Positions 1-12,731 of a stretch of 64,000 nucleotides of DNA are shown in pieces. The notes beneath the pieces were generated by a model. The model was not told where the DNA came from, made no database searches, and saw only the letters and a list, made by a program, of their open reading frames with translations. This stretch comes from Torpedo marmorata (lineage: Eukaryota). Positions within the stretch are counted from its first letter, which is position 1. Every line of letters starts with the position of its first letter. The translations under genes and the position numbers were made by a program. The stretch is taken from NCBI GenBank assembly GCA_977017645.1, contig OZ360242.1, positions 34,534,001-34,598,000 on the forward strand, read 5' to 3'.

Positions 1-102
1 TTTTAAGGTCTCAAAAGTATATCCGGCGTATAAGTCGACCCCCGTTTTTTGAGAGATTTTTGAGGGTTTCAAGACTCGACTTATACGCCAAAATATATGG
101 TA
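1..102. mobile_element. Right end of a Tc1/mariner-type (Tc2/pogo-like) MITE, truncated by the window edge
   Basis: Ends ...cgacttatacgccaaaatatatgg+TA with an internal gcgtataagtcga repeat; same architecture as 7668-8354. Confidence 0.6.
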
Positions 103-190
103 GGTTCTTGTTAAAAGAACCTTAGTTCACTAATGCCCTTTGGGGAGGAATTCTGCCATCCTTGTCTGACCTATGTATTTGACTCTTGAC

Positions 191-434
191 CCACTATTCT
201 CAACTTTTTTTAGGCATGACCCCCATAGGACTTTGCTCAAAGTTTATGGGCCCTCTTCGCTGTGAAGTAGTCAAGTTTTGGTTTCTTCCATACTTCTCTC
301 CTACCGACTACATAAAAAACATGAGAAAATATTTCTGTTATGTGAGGTGAAAAGAAAACAAGGCTTTTACTTCAATGCGCTTTGGACCCCGGGGTGGGGG
401 GGGGGGCGTAGGGGCCCCCTGTTGAAAATGGCTG
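191..434. mobile_element. hAT (Charlie-like) MITE
   Basis: Degenerate TIRs (ccactattctcaac / gttgaaaatggctg); 8-bp TSD ctcttgac/ctctagac; homologous to the 10738-12944 element. Confidence 0.75.
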
Positions 435-812
435 CTCTAGACCTTCACTATGCGGTGAACTCTGAAATGGCCCAGCAAGCTCCTCATTGGTACCAGTACT
501 GTGGCGGGCAAACAGAGAAAGAATGAAAACAAACAGATCACTTGGCATTGACCTGGGCACCAAATTCAAACACAGGAAAGAGGCATACAGCTGGATGTGA
601 GTAGCTCTTGGAATCTCCAGCAATGAAACTGGAACCCATGAAGTCTCATTGGCATCAAATCAGACAGAGGCAAAGAAACTTTCAATCATGAAATAAAAAC
701 AGAAAATATAGGAAATATTCAGTGGGTCAGGCTGCATCTACAGGAAAATAAACTTAGTTCACGTTTTGGGTCAAAGACCTGAGTGCTGCCAGTTGTCTTC
801 CTCGGCTAATGA

Positions 813-3130
813 ACCAGTGCTGCTCCATGTGGAACAACACTTGGAAGAAGTACTGCCAGAGACAAGAGGCTAAAAGAGCACAGAATGCTCTCTGGGTGGA
901 AGACTTCAATGTCCAATACCAAGAGAGGATTGGTAGCACCAGCAATAATGAAGGCGCTTGAGTCCTGGACACAGCTGCCAGACTGGGTCTACAGAAGTTC
1001 TTGAAGTCTACCAAACTGAGGGTAAATCCACTTGATCTCGTCCTCTCCTGTCTACCTGTTGCAGAAGCATCTGTCCATGTCTGCACTGGTAGAAGTGATC
1101 ATTGCACAACCCTTGAGATGGAGAATAGTGTTCTGACAAAGGAAATCCTTCAATGTGTTGTTGGCATGATAATCATGAAAACTAGGACAAATTCAGGGTA
1201 GATCTAGCAGCTCAAAATTGGACATCCATGAGGCACGTGGACCATCAGTTGCAGCAAAAATGTGCACAGTTATAATCATATCCTTCACTCTGCTATTACT
1301 ACCAAGTCAGATAATGTATGCTGGTTCAAAGAACAGAGTGGGAGTGCTTGGAGCAGCATCAGCATATCCAAAAAATGGTGAGCTGTCAGCTTGGTGAAGC
1401 TGCAACAAAGAACTATGTGTGCTAAACAGCAAAAAACAGGATGCAATAGTTAAAGCTAACCAATCTCATAATTAATGGATGAGACAGAAGCTCTATCGTC
1501 CTACCATACCTAGTTGCAAATGATGGTGAACAATTTAACAGGTAAAAGCTGCTCCAAGAATGTCCCTATCCTCATGACAGCAGGAACCAGCATGCGAGTG
1601 CAAAGTCAAGGCAGAACCATTTGCAAACATTCAGAAAGAAGTGCCAAATAGATGATTCATCTTGACTTCTCCCATGATCTCTACCATCGCAGAAGCCAAT
1701 CTCCAAACACTTCCATCCATCCCTTGTGGTATCAAAATTAGGACACAGCAAAAGCTACAGGAGCAGACATATTCCAGCTGTAGTACTGAAGACCTGCATT
1801 CCAGAACTAGCTGCACCTCCAGCCAATTGTTCCACAATAGTTATAACACTGTTATCTCCTGACAATGTGGAAAATTGTCATGTATGTTCTGAGCATATAA
1901 AGTAGGAAAAATCCAATCTAGCTAATTAACAAGTTGGCAAAATTGCCCATGAGACATCAGGGTGAAAACACGCCTTTGGTTGAATCCATGACCAACACAA
2001 AGGAATATGGTTGTATTTGACTCAGATATGAGAAGTTGATTCATCAATATCCTTCTTTCATATGGTCAGAATGGGGATATCCACTGATGATTGTACAAGT
2101 TCAGTTCTCTTCTACTCCTCCGCAAATGAACTTTTCCAAATCCACATACAACACAACCTTTAAACATGGGCCAATAAGTGCCACAGGGTGCAAGGTAACA
2201 AACATCTCCAAAAAGAGAATATAATCACAGACCCGTGACATTTTAGACCATGATATAGGAGCAGAAGTAGGCTATTCGGCCAATTGAGTCTGCTCTGCCA
2301 TTCCATCATGAGCTGATCCATTCTCCCACTCAGCCCCATTCCCTGCCTTCTCCCCATATCCTTTGATACCATGACTATTCAGATAGCTATCAATCTCTGC
2401 CTTAAATACACCCAATGACGGTCTCCACAGCTGCATGTGGTAGCAAACTCCAGAGGTTCACCACTCTCTGGCTAAAGAAATTTCTCTGCATCTCTGTTTT
2501 AAATGGACGATCGCATCACCAAGTACTTCATCATCAACATCCGAGGGTTGCAATTTACCAGAATCTCACTTAGACCAGACACATAATGACCATAGCCACA
2601 AAAGGAGCTGGTTGCTGGATATCCTGTGGTGAGTGAGTCACCTTCTGACTTTCCAAAGTCTTTCTACAATCCACAAGGCATGTCAGGACTGTGATGGAAT
2701 GCTATGATGGATGAGTGTTGATCCAATAACTCTAAAGAAGCTTGACATCTAACAAGCCAAACCAGTCCATTTGACAAGTACCACTTCCACCATCCTAATC
2801 AATCATTCCCTATACCATCTGCATACAGTGGCTGTATGTGTACCATACTCCGACAGATGACTCCAACAGCACCTCATAAAACCCACAAACTCCATCACCA
2901 AGAAGGATAAGACCAACAAACACTTGGGAAGATCATCACCTGCAGTTTATCCTTCAAGTTGCACAAGTCCAGACCTGGTTTGAAATCCTAGAACTCCTTG
3001 TTCAGCATCACCTGTGCCAGTACCTTCACCACAAGGACTGCAGCAGTTGAAGAAGGCAGTTCATCACCACCTTCTCAAGAGCAATTAGGAATGGGCAATA
3101 AATGCTGGCCTTTTTAGTAGCAGTTCCAAA
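813..3130 (+). mobile_element. Old, decayed CR1/L2-group LINE (APE endonuclease and RT remnants plus 3' tail), interrupted by a CR1 3' end
   Basis: Remnants of the GDFN (tgggtggaagacttcaat), LDLV and SDH endonuclease motifs; tail gggcaataaatgctggcc, with a related copy on the - strand near 26230-26460. Confidence 0.6.
2243..2510 (-). mobile_element. CR1 LINE 3' end
   Basis: FFSQRVVNLWSLLP-type C-terminus plus 3'UTR; highly similar to 62638-62880. Confidence 0.85.
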
Positions 3131-4337
3131 AAATATATAAATGGAAAATAAATAGATTATAACCAAGGATTTCAGAGAAGTGATTTTAGTCCAACTTTGG
3201 CTTAAGGATGGCCCAATTTTTGGTCTTTTTGGGTAGTCATTTTCTTAAATCATGATTTGCAGTTTCATTTACTCTGACCCAACACAGTAATAAGCTGGTG
3301 AACCTCTGTGTTCCAGAATGCAGGTAGTTAGGAGAACAGCTGATGTATCTTTGCTTGCATTACAATGTAGAGGATTAAGAGGTTATCTGATTGATGTGTT
3401 TAAAATTATTAAATAAGTTATCAATGGGGAAATAATCGCAAAGACACAATTACGCAATTACTGAGTGGTAAGCCAATGCTATGCTTTGTTTGTGGACATC
3501 TGAAAATTCATATGTTGCTGAACTGGCCACATTTGTGTGCACTTGTTGTGGAGAGAGACCATGGTGGGTTTGTGGATCAGGACAGTAATTTGTGGGGTTG
3601 GAATAAAGGTCAGTGCCAAAGACAAGGCTCAGGTTTAGAAATAGCAGGCGGCTAGAGGTGGGGTGTGAACAAAGATGATAGCAAAGAACATGTAGCAGAG
3701 CTGAGGAAAAAGAAGGTAAATAAAATACCTCATAGATTTGGAGTCACAAATGTGTCTGGAACCTTCTCAGGAATTACTCATGGAGTTCGGCTCAGAGTTT
3801 ATTTGAAACAGCTTCACAGACTGAGTGAAAACCTTTTTGACGGGCCAAGCAGGTGTAAGAGAAAATTATGGAAATAGCATTGGATGCTACTGAATATGTG
3901 AGAAATCTACCGTACACTAGAGTATTAAATGTACTGGGGATTCAGAATGAAAATCATTCACGAGTGGTGTCCTTGGCAACCAGAAGGATGTGTGGAGGAT
4001 AATGAATAGTTTAAAAGAAAACAAACTGTCCCTGGAATAAACTGCCAGCGACATGCATTTGTGACTGTCTGAGAAAGCAGAATACAGAGTTGGAATGAAT
4101 GATGCTCACTGACTTTCTGAAAGTCCCCATATTGGACATCGACTTTCAAACTGAAAATCCCAAATTTTGTGCATTTGAAATCCCTCATTTTCCAAAATGT
4201 TTTTATTTCTTCATAAATTGGATAATTTAGCAGACTAAAACACGGCACTATGCAATCTAGTTTCTCAGCAACTGTGCTTTTGACATATAGAAAATGTTAC
4301 TCTCAGGGAGCCTCATTTGAGATACTTTTCTTTGAAG

Positions 4338-4464
4338 CTGGAAGGATGTATCAGAGGAAAAGTTCAAACTGTTGCTTTGGAGACCTCCACAAAAGAAGAA
4401 GCCCATTGGACCTTACAACGATGCAGTGGACCAGTTACGCTACACTTTAAAGCAAACTTTGATG
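4338..4464 (+). CDS. CARD11: CARD11 exon (end of PDZ; about human exon 17): [43 protein letters not shown]
   Basis: Acceptor ttttctttgaag, donor G|gtaagc; 127 nt. Closely matches human CARD11 [43 protein letters not shown] (recalled). Ends in phase 1, matching the next exon. Confidence 0.93.
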
Positions 4465-6285
4465 GTAAGCCAAAAGCAGTTGGTTGCGAGACTGAAAGTT
4501 CGCAAAGCTAAGGACCAAAAATAGAGAAAGTGCCACCTCCATATAAAGATGAACAATAAGAGTTTCCTTATAAAGTAGAGCTTAATTTCCGTGAGGAGGG
4601 TATGGAATATTCTTGGGTTCCATTTGTTCAGCCTTAATAAAACAATACTTAACTCTTGTTGCACCTTGTCTTCAAATATTTTTCAACTTTGGATGGTTTT
4701 GGGACATGATGAAAGTTGCTATCAAGTCATCTCCTCGGTGTACATCCCATGTAAACTTGGTAGGTGGAAAGGTAGCAACCTGCAGTAAATTACACTTCAT
4801 TTGCACTAAAGACAATGGCATTCAAGTTGAAACATGCTTTCATCCTTGACCAAGGTGTCAAGGTAGACATAAAACAGATGAAGCAACATCTTCTGTAAAA
4901 TGAAGGGTCATCCACTTGAGACACCACCAGGCCCGAATCTCTTTACCCTTTACCTCCTATGGGTGCTGCATGACCTGCTAAGTTTCTCCAGCACATTTGT
5001 GTATTGCATTCAACCCCAGTATCTGCACATTTTCTTGTTTAACACCACCAAGCCTTTTAATATGCAGAGTTTGTGTCCAAATTGCAAATTATGCTCTTGT
5101 GTTCCATGCGTAAGGGAATAAAATATTTTCAAACTTCCAGTGGTGCCATAGGCAACCAGAAGGACATATGTAGTTTTTTTTAAAACATACTGTACCTGTA
5201 AAAATCATGTATATGTAACAATATGAGAAAGCAGAACCCAGATTTGGATAGGATGATGCTCAGTGACTTTCTGAAACTCTCCATGTTGGACATCAACTCA
5301 GTATCAGTTGTCACACCACTGGTAGTTAATTTAATTCAGTTGCTTTTCCCAAGCACCAGTTCTTTATTGCTGTGCTTCGAACCCAAGCAAAAGATATAAA
5401 ATGTTATTTGTGAGTATGTCAAAAATTCACAGAAACTTTTGGCTGTTTACTCAAGCATGAATACAATTTTAAATTTAACCTGCGCACCACAATGGATGAA
5501 GTTTTAGTTATAGGCTGAGGTGTGAAACTCCTTATTAAACTCTGTGTATTGAATTTGATAATGTACACTGAAGCATGAAAATCTTTTTCAGAGGTGAATT
5601 GTGGTCATGCTTTGTGTGGAGAAAACAGGCACTCTGCAAATCAGGAACAGCAGGAGACACTGAGCCCATGCTGTTCATTTTGGGCTACGAGAGGGTTAAA
5701 TTACATGATTTCCAATCAGAAGCTGCTGTGATGAGAGTGTTCCTTAGAACTAGTTTTGCTTCTTCTCTAACTATCCCAGTGAACCATTTAAATGTTAGAT
5801 TCACAAAAGTAGACCATTTGGAAATCTTCAGAATTCCCTTGTTCTTTGATGATAGAAGCAAAACAATTCTTTAATTTGAGATGAGGGCAACAGAACACAT
5901 TGACCCAATGTATCGCACGAAAATGTCAATTATTTTTTGCCCATTCGGTAAGAAAGGGGAGCCAAATGGAAAGGGATTTGAAAGGAGTCCATGGGATGCC
6001 TTTCCACAGTTACCTTTCATGTATTCTCATAGCCAGTTGGTTATTATCTGATGTTGACAGACACCCATCTGAAAGATCCATCTTCCTTTTCGGCTGGGAG
6101 TCAATGCAAGACAGTCGACAATGGCAAACAAGTAGAAACAATTGTGTGAAATCAGCGGGGATATCAGGCAAGGGCAACAGTGTCAGATTTTATGAGGCTT
6201 AAATGCTAACGACTAAGGGGCATTTAATCACATTGATTCGTAGCAGTTGGAAATTGTACACAGAAATTTGTACTTTATTCTGTAG

Positions 6286-6526
6286 GTTACAAGAAGCTTC
6301 AAAAGGATCTGGAAGATGGCTTCATCATGTCTGGGGATTCTTTTTACGTTCGAGTCAATCTGAGTATCTCAGGACAGATGGACAGCTGCTCGATGTGTGT
6401 GAAATGTGACGAGATTATTCACGTTTTAGACACCATGTACCAAGGCAAATGTGAATGGCTGTGTGCTCGAGTCGATCTGTTCACTGACAAAGACCTGGAA
6501 AAAGGCACCATTCCTAGTTACTGCAG
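6286..6526 (+). CDS. CARD11: CARD11 exon (SH3 domain): [25 protein letters not shown]...[24 protein letters not shown]
   Basis: Acceptor ttattctgtag, donor AG|gtaatc; 241 nt. SGDSFY.R.NL and WLCARVD.FTD.DL..GTIPSY are CARMA-family SH3 motifs. Confidence 0.96.
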
Positions 6527-7667
6527 GTAATCAGGATCTAGATTCAATGCATTTGATTTCCAATGGCATTTTAACTGACATGGTCAGCCAGAAATTTTAA
6601 CTATAGCAAGGGATTGTCTTGATATGTGGAACCTGATGACTGAATGGCTAAAATGGGGTCAATTCAAGACAAATCCACAGATTCTGAATGATCAAACTAC
6701 AAAGCACCCATCTCTTGCAAGATAGTGTTGATTAATTTGAATGGAATTTGGATTTTTTTAAACATTACCAGGTTGTGAGTAAATTAATTCTTGATACATA
6801 TTAAAAGGAACTTCCTAATGAGGGACTGACACAAGGCTCCATAGTTCTCTAGCCAAAAGCTCTTGACTGAATGTAATGTGACTTGTTCAATTATTCGTGC
6901 AGCTACGAAGATGGTATGTGAAGAGGTAAGTCATCTTTGGTTTTTGTGTATCTCGCTCGTACAAAGTTTCTACCTTGTGGAAAAGCCAATGAAGTGCAAA
7001 TGGAACAAGGTGTTGTTTAATGCCGTTATGCAATATGGTTCTAGGAATGCCTGGTTATGTAGATGCTTCAACTGGTAAATGCTTTGCAGATTTTAGGAAA
7101 GAACCTTGCAGAGCTGAGCTGTTGAATACGTCATCCCTGGTCTGCTTGATCCGTGCATGTCATTTTGAATAAACCTGGTATCTTTTGAACAAAAGCAGAG
7201 TCAAGTACACAAAGGCAGAAGAATAGACAAGACAAATTCTTCATGGGATTTAGAAAAGGCCACGCTTTGCAGTAGGGCAAAGGTAGAAGCAGAGGAAGAA
7301 CCAGATTCTAAAAATGCATACCACAATCCTTCTCTTTAAATTTCCTAGAGCAGCATAGTGACTGCAAACACCTGATCCAGCCATAAAGTACTACCCTTGC
7401 AAGAGTTGGAGGTTGGCTTTAAACACAGCAGATAGATTTTATTCGCATTAATCCACTGCTGCTGCATCCAGCAGTGAGCAGCATGGTTAGCCACTGGCTG
7501 GACCCAGGAATCCTTATATGCTGAGCTGGCAGCAGAAAGCTAGCATGTCTTCGGCACTGTAATCCTCATTCCTGATTTTGGGAGCAATAAATTTTAGCAC
7601 ACTCGTATTCATCTGTGCCTTGGGAACTTGTAGATCCAGAGGCGTGAACATGCAAGGCACCAATTTA

Positions 7668-8354
7668 CCGTATTTAACGGCATATAAGACCCACGGGCAT
7701 ATAAGACCCCCCCCCATTTCAGCAGGGAATATTAAGAATTTTTTTTTAGTTTATTTACAGGTAAATGTCTCCCAATTTCTCGACCCACCTGCACAAGCCA
7801 CTGTAAAGCACTTCAAAATAAAGCAGTTTAATTTCACACAACAGATCAGAATCGTAGTTTTCACTTTTAATACCACTTTAATACCACATGGAGCCTCTCC
7901 CAACAGCAAACACTGCGCTCCCTCTGCACCCTCGCAGCAACCACGCTCCTTTGGTCACCTGCCGCTCCTTACCTCCACAGCGCTGTCCATGCCGCCGGAC
8001 ACGGCGCACACCACCCGGCGTAGCGACCGGCTCATCTGCCACCAGGCCCGGGTCAGGCTGCTGCTTCTCCCCGGCAATGTGCAGCACACAGGGTCCGCCG
8101 GGAAACTGCGGCCAGCGAACAGGAGCCGCGCACAGGGTTCGCCGGCCACAGTTCCTAAACAGGAACCGCGCACAGGGTTCGCCGGCCACAGTTTCTGAAC
8201 AGGAGCCGCGCGCAGGGTCCGCCGGGAAACTGCGGCCGGCGAACAGGAGCTGTGACATGGTAAGGAAATTTCAACTTCGCATATAAGACCAGGGGGGTAT
8301 TTTTGAGCCAGTTTTTGGGGGAAAAAAGTGGGTCTTATATGCCGTCAAATACGG
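7668..8354. mobile_element. Tc1/mariner-superfamily MITE with a GC-rich internal tandem array
   Basis: 27-bp TIRs CCGTATTT(A/G)ACGGCATATAAGACCCAC with 1 mismatch; TA on both flanks; subterminal gcatataagacc repeats. Confidence 0.9.
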
Positions 8355-9859
8355 TAACATTGCATCTGAAAGGACTGGACTGTAATGTTAGCTTACACAA
8401 TATACGTAAGTATATTGAGTTGGGTCTGACCCCCTCATCTTTGAAATTAATATTATTGCTGAGCTAAAGTTGACACCTGAAAATTATACTTTTTTTCCCC
8501 TGGAAATGGCATGTAATGAAAATCAATATTTAAAAATGAAATATAAATATAACTAAATTCTTCAGTCCATTTTTTTTAAATGCTGTAGAAGCCAGAGATC
8601 TAAATTCCCAATTTCCCTTTTGTTGGAAAAAACGAGTCTGCCAATAATTACAGCATGCATGATACATCATCTGAGTGAGGGCCACCAACAATAGGCACTG
8701 AATGGGCCAATCGTCGGTAATATATCTTTACCTCCTATGGACGCTGCGAGACCGGCTGAGTTCCTCCAGCATTTCTGTGTGTTTTTACTGAATGGGCCAT
8801 CAGAACATGGTGGGTATTCATAATGATATTCAAATAGTTTAAACAATACAGGTCAGTTGTTGCATTTCAAGGAGGAAGGTTTAGTGGTGGACACCATTAT
8901 AAAATTATGCCGTAGAGCAGGAAGAAATTTAGCCTATTGATACCCTGTGCCAGCCAGCTCTTCACAAAAAATTCCTGGGTTTTTTTTTCCCCCACTTCTT
9001 GTCTCTTTCCCTGTCCCACTTCAGCTTTCTTAACAAGCATCCACTTTTGAATGTTACTGTTGGACACAGAACCAAGGTAATCCATAAAGAAAATGAAAGC
9101 CACACTGAAATAAAGTCATCTTTAAAAGGAGCTGAAATTATTTATTGCCTTATTTAAAAAGCAGCTGTGTATTAAAAAGAAATGTACTGCCACCCAGAGG
9201 ATAAACAACTGCAGGGCAGCAGTTCAAATCTGAGAAAGATGTAATGGCAATTTTGAATATTTCCTTCGCATTCCCGTTTGTCTTAAGAATTCTTGAAGAA
9301 CAATAAGAGTAGTCTATTCTCACCACAAATGGCTTGGCTTACAGAGAATGAATGTTTGTTTAAGCTTGGGAGCTTTTTTTATTAATCAATACACTAGTTA
9401 ATAGGATTTCTGACAAGAAGGTGAGATGAACGCTGTTGAGGTTGAATCCCGATGGAGTCTTGTCTTGTGTCTTCCTGAGAGTAGGAGGGGTTTATAAATG
9501 TGATGGGCTAAATATGACAGGACAATGTATGCTATTTCATTTTAATTTTTGTATTGTATTTTCTGAAATATCACTTTGAGCCTTTTCTTGAAAGCTGAGG
9601 TAGACAAAAAGCATGGAAAATCCAAGCCCAACTCGCTCAAGTAGATGGTCTTTAGTCATCTGTCGCTCTGTTGGCAGCACCCTTGCTTCTCAGATGGGAG
9701 GATCTGGGTACAGGATAGTTGAAACCCTCTCCAGAGTTATTACTGCATGATTCAAACTTTGTGCTATTGGAGGGACGGTCCTTTTGATTAAACATAAAAC
9801 CAAAGTCTCACCTGATCTGGTTGCATCGCAGCCTGGTGTGGAAACTTGAATGTACAGGA

Positions 9860-10270
9860 ACGCAGAAGGCCACACAAAGTGGCAAACCTAGCACATCCAT
9901 CATGAGCACTGTCCATTGAGAGCATCTGCCTCAAGAGGGCTGCCAGCATCATAAAGGATTTCCAGCACCCTGGAAACAATCTCTTCTCACTGCTCTCTTC
10001 AGCAGAAGGTTCAGAAGCCTGAAGTTCAACACCTCAAGGTTCCAGAACGGTTTTTATACAACAACTATCAGGCTCTTGAAACCCCCTGTACTACCTTAAC
10101 CATAAACTATCTGGGGACCACCAATGGATCGACCTGCACTACTGCAATATCACTTTTTTTCTTGCACCAACTGCAAAATTTATCTATCCTTTGATACTTA
10201 TTATTTCCTTTTCTGTCTTTCATTAAAATTTGTACACTTGCATTTGGTGTATCTTACGTGCCTCTTTGGC
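9860..10270 (+). mobile_element. Degenerate Rex1/Babar-like LINE 3' fragment
   Basis: Encodes CLKRAASIIKD..HPG..LFSLL.S.RRFRSLK remnants. Confidence 0.6.
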
Positions 10271-10354
10271 TTTAGCGAGTAAAAACAAGGGAAAAGCTGC
10301 AACTGGTCACCCAAAGCAAGGTCCCAAACAGCTTTCTGATAACAAACAGACAAC

Positions 10355-10597
10355 TTTTTTTTTAATTTAGACATACAGCACAGTAAGGCCCTTCCGGCCC
10401 ATGAGCCCGTGCCGCCCAAATACACCCAATTAACCTACAACCCCCTGTTCGTTTTGAAGAGTGGGTCGAAACCGGAGCACCCGGAGGAAACCCATGCAGA
10501 CCCAGGGAGAATGTCCTTACAGTCAGCACCAGATTCGAACCCGGGTCGCTGGCGCTGTAACAGCGTTGCGCTACCCTGACACTAACCATGCCGCCCC
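10355..10597 (-). mobile_element. tRNA-derived V-SINE (HE1-like)
   Basis: Head ggggcggcatggttag, B-box ggttcgaatc, V-domain gggtttcctccgggtgctccggtttc, A/T-rich tail. Confidence 0.9.
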
Positions 10598-11268
10598 AGC
10601 AAATTAGTTGACAGATGAAAGCTAGACTTGCTCTTCCTTGAGCAGGAACAAAAGATCTTTTCTGTCATCTTGCTCCAGCATTCCAGCCAGACAGCACTTT
10701 CAAAAAAAAATCCTTCACTGCGATGATCAGTCTCGATCAGCCATTCTCAACCTTTCTTTTGGCTATGGCCCCCTTAGGACTCTGCTCAAACTTTATGGGC
10801 CTCCTTCCCTGTGAAGCAGTCAGGTTTATTTGGTTTCTTGCGTACTTCTCTCCTACCAACGACATAGTAGTGGAGAGCGTAGAGAGCGCCAAGTTCCTTG
10901 AAGTCCACTTAACTACACAACATCTCCTCACTTATCAGGAAGGTGCAACAGTGACTGCACTTCCTGAGAAAACTGAAGCGGGCAAGGCTACTGGCCATCA
11001 TCATATCAACCTTCTACAGATGCTCTATCGAGAGCATCATGGCCGGCTGCATTACAGTGTGGTACAGTTGCTGCAGAGAAATGGATTGGAGGTCAATCCA
11101 CAGGACCATAAGAGTGGCAGAGAGGATCACTGGGATCTCCCTCCCCTCCCCCTCCCCCCCCCCCCCACATCGACATGATCTACCGGGATCATTGTCTGAA
11201 GAGGGCGTGCAAAATCGTTGAGAACCCCTGCCACCCCACACACAGCATCTTTCAGCTGCTCCCATCGG

Positions 11269-11709
11269 CAGGGTTGGCGCCACAACGAGTGTTAGAGGGG
11301 GGCATTAGAATAACCGGGGGGGGGGCACAGTCCAACACTCGTAAACTCACTCAGCGCGAGGTGGGGGGTTGCTGGTACCTACCTGATGGACGAACTAATG
11401 TTAACGTCCTCCGTCCCTCCGACGTAGCAGATGAAAGCGCTGCTTTTATTGCGTGGAGAGTCACTAGCGTGCGTCTAACTAGACGCTAGTGACGATTGAC
11501 GCACGCTAGTGACGCGGCCGGGGGCGAGTGCGGGTGGAGAGTCACTAGCGTGTGTCAAGCTAGTCGCTAGCGACGATTGACGCACGCTAGTGATGCGGGC
11601 GGGGACGGGTCTGACGGCGAGCGATGGACGCAAGCTTATGGGGGGGCACAGCACCTCGCTTGGGGGGGGCAATGCCCGTGAATGCCCTCCCCCCTTGGCG
11701 CCGACCCTG
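11269..11709. mobile_element. CpG-rich hAT MITE with internal palindromic repeats
   Basis: TIRs cagggttggcgcca / tggcgccgaccctg with 1 mismatch; 8-bp TSD cccatcgg/cccgtcgg, interrupting the LINE LLPSG codons. Confidence 0.88.
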
Positions 11710-11897
11710 CCCGTCGGGAAAGAGATACAGGAGTATCAGAGCCACCACCACCAGGCTGAGGAACAGCTTCTTCCCACGGGCAGTGAGAATGCTGAACGAC
11801 CAAAGGAACTGCTCACACTAACCATCCGAGATGCTCATATTTATGAAACAATATTTATTTATTTATTTGTAAATATGAATACTTGTCCTGCATAGGT

Positions 11898-12731
11898 AAA
11901 AAAAAATTTAAATGGCGGCGCTGCCGGAGCTGCTGTAGCAGCAGCGCTGCCGCTGGTGTGGACCCATGGTGAGCGGGGAGCGGAGACACAGCACTCCCGC
12001 GGGGTCCAAATGCCCAGTCTGACTGCCGTCAGCTCCGTACAGGCTTTGATTGGCCCATTAAAGGAGCCGATGGTAGTTTTATTTAAAATTCCGCGACCAT
12101 GGGGTCTGGACCCAAGATGGCGGCACCTATGATCGGCAGCAGCCACGAGGGGTTCCAGACTTCAGGGAAGCGGAAAACTGGTGCAGAGAAAACAGGGAGA
12201 TCAAACACAATTTTGAGAGTCTGAGAAGCAGAAGCACAGGAGACAACCCACAGGACAGTGACCATGACAGCGGACCAGGGCGGGGTTCTGCGGCTGAAGG
12301 AACCACACAGGCGGTGGGCTGCTGGTGACTCGAGGTGAGGAATCCATGGAGACTTCAGGCTGCTGGAGGCTGCGGACTGCTGGAGACTGGCTTGAAACTG
12401 GCTGAAGGAGTACCAGGTATCGGAACCGGGATGCGAGAGGGTACTGAGGGCGCTGAAGGGTTCCTAATCGTAACGGAAGTTCAGATCTGGAGCTCGGGTG
12501 CCAATGGTTTGGACTGGACTCTGTGTGGCTACAGACGCTGTGGGAGTGCTGGGGCAAATCCACGGACACTTGATGACTATGGGGGGAACTCTTTTTTGCT
12601 TCTCTTTCTCTGACTGTAAGATGCGCTTCAGGCAATTTCTGCCGATGGCGAATCTGTCTGCCTTACAGCAGACAAAAGCAATTTTGTGTAATATGATACT
12701 GTTTTTATTACATGACAATAAATTGAATCTT
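11898..12731 (+). mobile_element. GC-rich non-autonomous retroelement, copy 1
   Basis: Homologous over about 800 bp to 54469-55302 (-); ends catgacaataaattgaatctt. Confidence 0.75.

Noticed and set aside
8087-8254. CRISPR-like array
   Set aside because: Eukaryotic intron, recurring 'spacers' and no cas genes; it is a minisatellite.
7578-8286. Overlapping 126-206 aa ORFs suggesting a transposase
   Set aside because: No DDE or HTH motifs; open only because the MITE interior is GC-rich and repetitive.
10520-10597. tRNA gene
   Set aside because: tRNA-derived SINE head repeated in six copies; no complete cloverleaf.
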